A program made the position numbers and the translations under genes. Positions 28,491 to 37,000 of a stretch of 64,000 bases of DNA are shown piece by piece (position 1 is the first letter of the stretch; each line of letters begins with the position of its first letter). The notes under the pieces were generated by a model, which made no database searches, had not been told where the DNA came from, and worked only from the letters and a program-made list of their open reading frames with translations. Source of the DNA: an uncultured Bacilli bacterium. Its GTDB lineage: Bacteria; Bacillota_I; Bacilli_A; RF39; UBA660. Location of the stretch: contig CALVJQ010000004.1 in NCBI GenBank assembly GCA_944332265.1, forward strand, positions 1,840-65,839. The letters are read 5' to 3'.

Positions 28491-28541
28491 TTATATCACC
28501 ACAACTAGTATACCTTAACTTCCAAGCTTTTTCTATATAAA

Positions 28542-30275
28542 TTAAACTTTAAAATGCGAAATCTCCTTTATTTCATCCACCAATTCACTATTAACCAAAT
28601 TCGGATTATCCCTTAACCTATCTTCAATCGTCCTAATTCCTAAATTATTAGAAAATACTGAATATGAAAATCTAGTTAATCTTCTATCAGGACGATTACT
28701 ATTCCATTTAATATATTCATTTATTATTCCTCTATATTTATTAACAATTGCTAATTCAGCTTTAATAACTTTAACTCTTCTTCTAAATAAAGTATTAAAC
28801 TTATCTCTATCATCTAAAGAACCCAAAAAAACTCCTGTATAACTATCTAACATATCTTTAATCGCCCTTACTTGTTTTTCAAAATCATCAGCAATTATCA
28901 TAAAATAAGATAAAACATCATCATAACTACATCTACTAATATCTACTTTACCAAATATTCCATGACTTATCATATATTCTATTACTTCACTAAGAATTCT
29001 CTTTTTGTTTTCATCTCTTTTTTTATCTAATTCTGTATAAACACTTAATATTTCATAAGGACTTTTTAAATAACCATCTTCTTGAAAAAGAATCTTTAAA
29101 ATAGGAAATTTACTTAATAATAAAGGATTTTTAACTAATTCTTTTTCCATCATCTCTATATTATAGTCTCCTATATATGTTAAAGTCCCATCTTTCTTTT
29201 TCTGTAAAGCTCTAGATAAAGATGTCCTCAATAAATGATTTTGATAAAGAGCAAAATTAGCATTTTCATGCGATATATTATATTTTCTATATAATTCTAA
29301 TAATTCATAACCAGCTTTAACATTCGCTTTATTTTCTGTTTCTTTATAACCATAATTAGTCATAAACTCATTATACTCTTGATTCTGTTGTAAAACGGCC
29401 TTTTTAGAGTAAATATAATTTGCTTCATTAAAAATATTATTACGTACACTATATGCTTGATAATAATGTTCTAATTCATGTAAAACAACATAAGCATATG
29501 AATGTCTCTTTCTTAACAATAAATTATCTCTATTACAAACTCTTTCATTTATTAATACTAAACCATCATAAGAATGTAATCCATTCCAAAAAGGTTTATT
29601 ATGTTTTAAATCAACACTTGTAACATAACAATTCATATATGGTAAATCTTTATTTTTACATTTTAAAAAAGTTAAATACTGAATAATAAATTTATTCTCA
29701 AAAATTGAAGGTTCACTAATTCCCTTTAAATTAGCTTTCAAAAAATAATCAAAAATTCCTTGATAATTAGAATCATACGGTGATAATTTAGATTCCAAAA
29801 AACGAAATAATTTTGCATCTTCTAAAGGAGTTATTTTTATTCCTGCTTTCACTTTTTTAAAAATCTCTCCACAAACTTTACTCGTACTATCTAAATATTG
29901 TTTATATAAATTATAACTATCTCCCGTAAAAAAATAATTTGCATAATTTGGTTTCAATAATAAAGAATTAATATAACTAACACGATTATTTTTAATAACA
30001 TCTAACAAAACATTTCTAATACCTTCTAAAAACTTCTTTTCATCTTCATCTTTAGGCCCTAAAATAGCAATTTTAACTGCCAATGCCTCAATATAATCAA
30101 TCTTTAATTGATCAAGAACATCCATTTTATTAGCATTTTCATGATTAAACATATTTAAATCATTTATTCTATAAAGTCTTACTAAATAATAAGGATTTCG
30201 TAAAACTCTTTTTAAAATATCATCATCAAATTTACCATATGTAATAGACCTTTGTAAAACACTTGTATAATCCAT
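28542..30275 (-). CDS. large helical protein with a HExxH zincin-like motif, unknown function
   Basis: 577 aa. VVLHELEHYYQ is encoded at nt 29466..29480. No signal peptide or TM segment. Divergent from rnj. Confidence 0.5.
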   Translation of the reverse strand: MDYTSVLQRSITYGKFDDDILKRVLRNPYYLVRLYRINDLNMFNHENANKMDVLDQLKIDYIEALAVKIAILGPKDEDEKKFLEGIRNVLLDVIKNNRVSYINSLLLKPNYANYFFTGDSYNLYKQYLDSTSKVCGEIFKKVKAGIKITPLEDAKLFRFLESKLSPYDSNYQGIFDYFLKANLKGISEPSIFENKFIIQYLTFLKCKNKDLPYMNCYVTSVDLKHNKPFWNGLHSYDGLVLINERVCNRDNLLLRKRHSYAYVVLHELEHYYQAYSVRNNIFNEANYIYSKKAVLQQNQEYNEFMTNYGYKETENKANVKAGYELLELYRKYNISHENANFALYQNHLLRTSLSRALQKKKDGTLTYIGDYNIEMMEKELVKNPLLLSKFPILKILFQEDGYLKSPYEILSVYTELDKKRDENKKRILSEVIEYMISHGIFGKVDISRCSYDDVLSYFMIIADDFEKQVRAIKDMLDSYTGVFLGSLDDRDKFNTLFRRRVKVIKAELAIVNKYRGIINEYIKWNSNRPDRRLTRFSYSVFSNNLGIRTIEDRLRDNPNLVNSELVDEIKEISHFKV

Positions 30276-30426
30276 ATAAAATCCACCTTATTATATATTA
30301 ATAATACCATATATCTAATAAATATAAAATTAAAATTATTGATATAACTAGACATTTATTTATAATTGATATATAATTACATATAGCGAAGAACTATACT
30401 TTTTATTTTTTTGAAAGGAAGATTTT

Positions 30427-32106
30427 ATGAATAATAAAGACAGCTTTACGTCTGTCATTGCTTTAGGTGGCTTAGGAGAAGTCGGTAAAAACATGTACGT
30501 TTTTACCCATAAAGACGAAATATTTATAATTGATGCTGGAGTTATTTTCCCAGAAAGTGACTTACTAGGTGTTGATTATGTAATTCAAGACGTAACATAT
30601 TTAAAACAAAATGAGAATAAAATAAAAGGTTTATTAATTACCCATGGACATGAAGATCATATTGGTGGTATATCTTTTTTACTTCAAAGTGTTAATATCC
30701 CTGCTATTTATGGTGCTAAAACATCAATAGATTTAATAAAAAATAAATTAGAAGATCGAAACATAGGTTATAAAAACTTAGAAATTATTAATTCTGATAC
30801 TAAAATTAAAACAAAATACTTTGATATCGAATTTATTGCTACTACTCACTCAATACCTGATAGTTTTGGTATAGTTCTTCATACACCAAACGGAACAATA
30901 GTATCAACAGGAGACTTTAAATTCGATTTAACTCCTATTGGTCCAATGGCTGATTTACATAAGATGGCCAAAGTTGGTTCAGAAGGTGTTAAACTTTTAT
31001 TGAGTGATAGTACAAATGCCCTATCTGAAGGATTTTCTAAATCTGAAAACTCAGTAGATGAAGCGTTATCTGATATAGTAAATGGCTATAATGGTCGTAT
31101 TATTATTGCTACCTTTGCTTCAAACATTTACCGTATCAAACATATAGTTGAAACATGTCGTAAAAACAATCGTAAAATTATTGTTTTTGGTCGTAGCATG
31201 GAAACAGCAACTAATCTTGCACTAAATAATGGACTATTAACTGATAAATCAATTTTTATTGATACAAATCAAGCCAAAAGTTTAAAGAAAAATGAAATTT
31301 GTATTCTATGTACTGGTTCACAAGGAGAACCTTTAGCAGCTCTATCAAGAATTGCTAATGGTACACACAAACAAATCTCATTAATGCCTGATGACCTAGT
31401 TGTTTTCTCATCAAACCCTATTCCAGGTAATGCTGCTGGTATTAATAGAATTATTAATAAATTATATCTAAAAGGAGTTAAAGTTATCACCAATTCTGAA
31501 TTTAGTGATATACATACATCTGGTCACGCTAAACAAGAAGAATTAAAACTAATGCTTCGTTTAATAAAACCAGAATACTTCATGCCAATGCATGGAGAAT
31601 ATCGTATGCTAAAATCACATGCCCAATTAGCTATAGATTGTGACATTAAAAAAGAAAACATCTTTATTATGAATAATGGTGATTCTTTAATCCTTGATAA
31701 TGAAGGTGTTCATCGTGGTCCAAGTGTAACCGCTGGTGATGTATACGTAGATGGTTCTAGAATTGGTGAAGTTGGTTCAGTAGTTATAAAAGATCGTAAA
31801 TTAATGAGCCGTGATGGTATCCTAATTACTATTATAAATATAAATCCTCTAAATCGTCGTCTACTAATAAAACCAAATATCACAACTCGTGGTTTTGTTC
31901 TAGTAAACGAAAATACAGAATTAATTAACCAAATTGAAAAGAAAACAACTGATATAATAACTAAATTTTTAAATGAAAACCCTTATAGTTATACGGATCT
32001 AAAAAATCAAATTATTCTTGAATTACATCCATTTATAAATAATTTAACTGGTCGTCATCCAATTATTTTACCAGTTATTATGGAAGTAAGAGAAACAACA
32101 AAATAA
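30427..32106 (+). CDS. rnj: ribonuclease J
   Basis: Metallo-beta-lactamase motif ITHGHEDHIGG, beta-CASP region and RNase J C-terminal domain. Length is 559 aa. Confidence 0.9.
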   Translation: MNNKDSFTSVIALGGLGEVGKNMYVFTHKDEIFIIDAGVIFPESDLLGVDYVIQDVTYLKQNENKIKGLLITHGHEDHIGGISFLLQSVNIPAIYGAKTSIDLIKNKLEDRNIGYKNLEIINSDTKIKTKYFDIEFIATTHSIPDSFGIVLHTPNGTIVSTGDFKFDLTPIGPMADLHKMAKVGSEGVKLLLSDSTNALSEGFSKSENSVDEALSDIVNGYNGRIIIATFASNIYRIKHIVETCRKNNRKIIVFGRSMETATNLALNNGLLTDKSIFIDTNQAKSLKKNEICILCTGSQGEPLAALSRIANGTHKQISLMPDDLVVFSSNPIPGNAAGINRIINKLYLKGVKVITNSEFSDIHTSGHAKQEELKLMLRLIKPEYFMPMHGEYRMLKSHAQLAIDCDIKKENIFIMNNGDSLILDNEGVHRGPSVTAGDVYVDGSRIGEVGSVVIKDRKLMSRDGILITIININPLNRRLLIKPNITTRGFVLVNENTELINQIEKKTTDIITKFLNENPYSYTDLKNQIILELHPFINNLTGRHPIILPVIMEVRETTK

Positions 32107-32168
32107 CTTTAAAGTTAAACTTTAAAGTTTTTTTTTATAAAATATGATAAAATATAATTGGTGAAAAT

Positions 32169-33167
32169 ATGAAAAAGCGCAGATTAAAAAAAGGAATTAA
32201 ATTTATACTAACTATTTTATTAGTTATAATTATTAGTTATATATCTATAACTATATATCAAAAATATAGTGAAAATAACTTCAAAATAGAAGTTCCAGAG
32301 AATCAAGAAATAAAAAGATTAAAAGAACTAAACTATAAAGATGAAGAAATTGATTTTATAATCAAAGAAATCAGTAAAGAAAATCTAAATTATTTAATAA
32401 AAAACAAAATAGATCATACAATAGCTTACTCTATAATAAAAGAAACCTATTATATAGACGAATATCTAGAAAAATATATAAAATATTTAGAAAATAATCA
32501 AGATTTATCATTTAAAGAAATAATAACCCGTATAAATTGTCATCTAGATGTAGAATTTTATACAAATACAGAACCAACAAATACTAAAATAGGTAAATAT
32601 GTTATCTTAAATAAACATTACTATGCTGATGGATCATATAAAGGAGAAAATCTAGTTGATATTGATGGATCATATAATCTATATGGGACTTCTTTTAAAT
32701 TATCAAAAGAATGTTATGAAGCATTTCTAAAAATGTATGAAGATGCTAAAGCTCTTGGCTATGGTTTCAAAATAAATTCTGCATATCGTAGTTTTGAAAG
32801 TCAAAAAAGCATTTATCAAGGATGGGTTAATCAAGATGGTCAAGAACTTGCAGATACTTATTCTGCACGTGCTGGTTACTCTGAACACCAAACAGGCTTC
32901 GCCTTTGATGTTCGTGATTATCCATTTACAAACGATGATTACTCCAAAACAAAATCATTTACTTGGGTAAGCCAAAACGCCTATAAATATGGTTTTATAA
33001 TCCGTTTTCCTAAAGGAAAAGAATACATAACAGGTTATCAATACGAACCATGGCATTATCGTTATTGCGGCTTAGAATGTGCCGAATATATTAATAAACA
33101 TGACATAACATATGAAGAATATTATGAATATTTTATTCGTTATAATAATCCTCGTAATTTAAAATAA
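32169..33167 (+). CDS. membrane-anchored D-alanyl-D-alanine carboxypeptidase (peptidase M15B, VanY-like)
   Basis: N-terminal TM segment, then SAYRSFESQ, SEHQTGFAFD and EPWHYRY, the VanY-type Zn ligand and catalytic motifs. Confidence 0.75.
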   Translation: MKKRRLKKGIKFILTILLVIIISYISITIYQKYSENNFKIEVPENQEIKRLKELNYKDEEIDFIIKEISKENLNYLIKNKIDHTIAYSIIKETYYIDEYLEKYIKYLENNQDLSFKEIITRINCHLDVEFYTNTEPTNTKIGKYVILNKHYYADGSYKGENLVDIDGSYNLYGTSFKLSKECYEAFLKMYEDAKALGYGFKINSAYRSFESQKSIYQGWVNQDGQELADTYSARAGYSEHQTGFAFDVRDYPFTNDDYSKTKSFTWVSQNAYKYGFIIRFPKGKEYITGYQYEPWHYRYCGLECAEYINKHDITYEEYYEYFIRYNNPRNLK

Positions 33168-33212
33168 AAAAGATAATTAAAATTTCAATTGAAATTTCAA
33201 TTATCTTTTTTT
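33165..33212. terminator. bidirectional terminator
   Basis: 19-bp arms aagataattaaaatttcaa / ttgaaatttcaattatctt with one mismatch, flanked by A-run and T-run, between convergent genes. Confidence 0.6.
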
Positions 33213-33996
33213 AAACTCCCATACTCATTGTTTCAGGAAGTGTACTACCACCATCAATTACAATTCCTTGAGCAGTTATATAACTAGATTCGTCACTTGC
33301 TAAAAATGCTGCCAATTCCCCTAATTCCTCAATTGTTCCAAGTCTTCCCATTGGAATACCTGCTGCGATTCCCTTAACAACACTTTCTGGATTCTCTGGA
33401 TTAGTCTCTTTAGCCATTCCATCAACCATCGGCGTTCTTATATAACCAGGTAATATTGCATTAACGCGAATTCCATCTTGAACCAACTCAGCAGCCAAAG
33501 CTTTTGTAAAACCTAAAACAGCTGCTTTTGTAGTTGCATAAGCAACCTCTCCACTATCAGCTACCATTGGCCCTGTTACACTTGAAAGATTAACAATTGA
33601 TCCCGTATTTTTAGTCATATAAGGTAAACTACTCTTAGTAACATTCCATGTACCTTTAATATTAACATCAAAATGAAAATCTCTTAATTCATCATCCATA
33701 TCAGCAAATTTAGCTAAACTACAAACTCCAGCATTATTTACTAAAATATCTATCTTTCCATACTTTAACACAAAATCCTTAATAGCTTGATTAACAGCTT
33801 CTTTATCTCTTATATCAACAAAAAATCCCATTACATTTTCATTATTTAAATATTCAGCAATATTTAAAACTTCTTTATCATAATCTAATACTCCAACTTT
33901 CGCACCATACTTTAAAAAAACTTTAACTATTCCTAATCCATTACCTTTAGCTCCACCTGTTACTAAAGCTATTTTATTATCTAATTTCATTTTCAA
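33211..33996 (-). CDS. short-chain dehydrogenase/reductase (UcpA/FabG-like)
   Basis: Cofactor motif VTGGAKGNGLG, NNAG, and catalytic YATTKAA (YxxxK). Length is 261 aa. Confidence 0.8.
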   Translation of the reverse strand: MKMKLDNKIALVTGGAKGNGLGIVKVFLKYGAKVGVLDYDKEVLNIAEYLNNENVMGFFVDIRDKEAVNQAIKDFVLKYGKIDILVNNAGVCSLAKFADMDDELRDFHFDVNIKGTWNVTKSSLPYMTKNTGSIVNLSSVTGPMVADSGEVAYATTKAAVLGFTKALAAELVQDGIRVNAILPGYIRTPMVDGMAKETNPENPESVVKGIAAGIPMGRLGTIEELGELAAFLASDESSYITAQGIVIDGGSTLPETMSMGV

Positions 33997-34033
33997 TCCT
34001 CCTACTTAAATTATACCAAATAAAAAAGAAGAA

Positions 34034-37000
34034 TTAAATCTTCATTTCATATTTTCTTAATTTAATTCTTCCCTCTACTACAAATAAGATTAAAACAATA
34101 CCTAAAAGCCCACCAATAATCCATACACGATCATGTGTTTCAGGATTTATATCATTTGGTTTATTAATATCTTCTGCAATTATCGGTTCTTCAGAATACT
34201 TATTAATAAATAAATTATTATTATTTAAATATTCATAAACATTAGAAATTACTTTCATTGTTCCATCACCATTATCAAGTAATTCAATAGTTAATAAACA
34301 CTTACTTAAATCATAATAAATATGATTAGAATCACCTTTTACTTGAACAATCTCATATAAATACTTACCAGGTTTATTATAATTGATAGTTTTAAAAACA
34401 ATATCTCCCTCTAAATTATTATAAGCATAATCTATATAACCATTACTACTACCACTAGATATATCCTTAATCATAAATTTAAAATCTTTATCTTTTAAAG
34501 TATTATTTTCTAAAACTACCTTTACTTCTGGTAAAAAACTACCTTTAGTAACATAATTATTATTAAAAATAATTTGCATTGTCTCATCTTCTGTAATTCC
34601 AGTATAAATAATCTGTTTATTTTCATTATCTACTTGATAATTAAGATTATCTAATTTTACTGTATAATAATCTTCAATATCTTGAACAATCTTATAACTA
34701 ACATCTTTAGGAACATCTACTATCTTAATTTGTTCATCACTTTTTAAAGAAACATCGTAATTAATTTCTCCATTATCTAAAGATACCAAAGTTGTTATTT
34801 TATTATTATTTTTATCTACAACATCATAATTACCATTTATTCCAAATAAAGATATATGATAATTAAATGTTTTATCTTCATCGATATAATCACTACTATT
34901 TAAATTACCAATTATTAATCCATTAGGTATATAAGTATTATTAAAAGTAATTTTATCAACTAATTGATCTAACTTATTATAATATTTAACTTCCTTATTT
35001 AAATTACCCTCTCCATCATTAGTAACATTAACTACAACTTTATATGTCATCATATCATAAGATATCTTTGGCTCTCCTAAATCAATTTGCTTAATATAAT
35101 AAACAAACTGACCTTCAACATTATCAAAATTAATCGTTTTAAATTTAACATTTCCTTCACTATTAATTACTTGTTGATCAACATAACCATTATTATCTGA
35201 TAATTCTAAAGTAAATTGTTGATTACTTATTTCTTTATCATAAGTAACATTAGCTTCTAAATCTAAAGAAGTATTAACATCATAAACATTAGTAAATAAA
35301 TAATTTACCATTCTTTCTTCATTAGTTTTACCTTCTACTACAACATAATTATCTAAAGAAGAATTACTTACATTTACAGAAGTTTCATAACCTAAAACCT
35401 TTTCTTGTTTAATAACATAATCTATTCCACCAGGTAATAATCTTATAGTTAAACTATCATCACCTAAAATCATTCCTTCGTAATGACCACTACCATCTTC
35501 TAAGATTTCAAAAACACCAACTACTTCATTATCCTTATTAACTACATCATAAATACCTTGATTATCTACATTTCCTGATACTTCAATAATATATTTAAAT
35601 AATTTATTTTTATCAGCTAAATTACCATTTAATTGATTAGTAATTTTAATATCAGTAACTACCTGATATAAAGTACTTACTATATTAGTATCATCATCAT
35701 ATAACTTCAAAGAATTATCATAAGGATTAACTAAACTAATATGAGCACTACTTTTATACATTGTCCCTAAACTAATATCACTAGGTACTTGAACACTATA
35801 TTCAAAATTAAGATTTTCATAAGCATTTAAACTTGAAACATTCCATATAATAGTTCTTGCATCAGCATCATAAATACCACCATTATTAATAGAATCTTCT
35901 ATAACTATTAATCCATCTGGTACAATATCAGATACAACTAAATTATTAGCTACTACATTTGAATTATTATTAACACTTACACGATATTGATATATTTCAT
36001 CTTTTTTAATAATCAAAGAAGATACATCACTAAATTCTATAGAATCACTTGTCTTTGCATATTTATTATATTCTAAAGTTGGAACTTCTAACTTATTATA
36101 TAATGTTTTACTTAAATCATAGCTAAGATTATCTAATTCATTTAAGCTAATCTTAGTTTCCAATACTTGGCTAAAATCAATTTTATCTAAATCTATACTC
36201 GTCGTAATTTTAATATCAATACTTTCATTAGCTTCTAATTCATTTATATTAATAACTAATAACTGATTATCAAAAGTATAATCATTATTATAACTATTCC
36301 CTAACGAAGAAATGCCTTCAACATTATTTACCACTATTCCATTAGGAATTGTTATTTCTACTTTTAAGTTATCATAACTATATAAATTACTACTATTATT
36401 TATTTTTATTTCATATGATAAGTCATTATAAACTATAGCAGGTTGTTCATAAGTACCCAAACCAACATTAGTAGTAGCATCTAAACTAATTGTTGCCCTA
36501 TCTAAAGATACTTCAGTCATATTACTTTTTATAATATTATTAGAACCATTATTTATACTTTGATAATATAATACAGCATCATTATAAGCTTTTAAACTAT
36601 CCTTATAATTATTAGTAGCTTGCATTAATAAATCTACATGTATAGCTTTGTTCTCTTTTCCTTTAAAAATATAATCACCACAGTCAACTGCTATTGCTGT
36701 AACACTTCCTATATTTCCAGGTTTATTAGTTGACCAATCATCACCACTTAAATTAATATCTTCTAAATTAACATTAACATTTGTTGAATAATAAATAGTA
36801 GGATTTACCCCAATACTTTTTAAGTAGCTGATATCTACATCTCTTAAAATACCTTTAAAATAATTATTATCTACATAACTATTTTCTATTTTATCAACAA
36901 ATACTACATTTGAAATTTCTTCATAATCTGAACCTAAAATATATTGTAAACGATAACTATAATTATTACTTTCTGCAACTACCGTTTCACTATTAAATTC

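Noticed and set aside
30276-30426. Regulatory RNA or riboswitch upstream of rnj
   Set aside because: There are only promoter-like hexamers (TTGATA-16 nt-TATAAT) and A/T-rich sequence, with no conserved riboswitch or T-box core (no AGAGA or specifier/T-box motif).
32104-32140. Tandem palindromes actttaaagt x2 after rnj, considered as a special repeat
   Set aside because: This is most simply an A/T-only terminator hairpin followed by a T-run. It is too weak and short to call anything else, and I did not list it as a confident feature.
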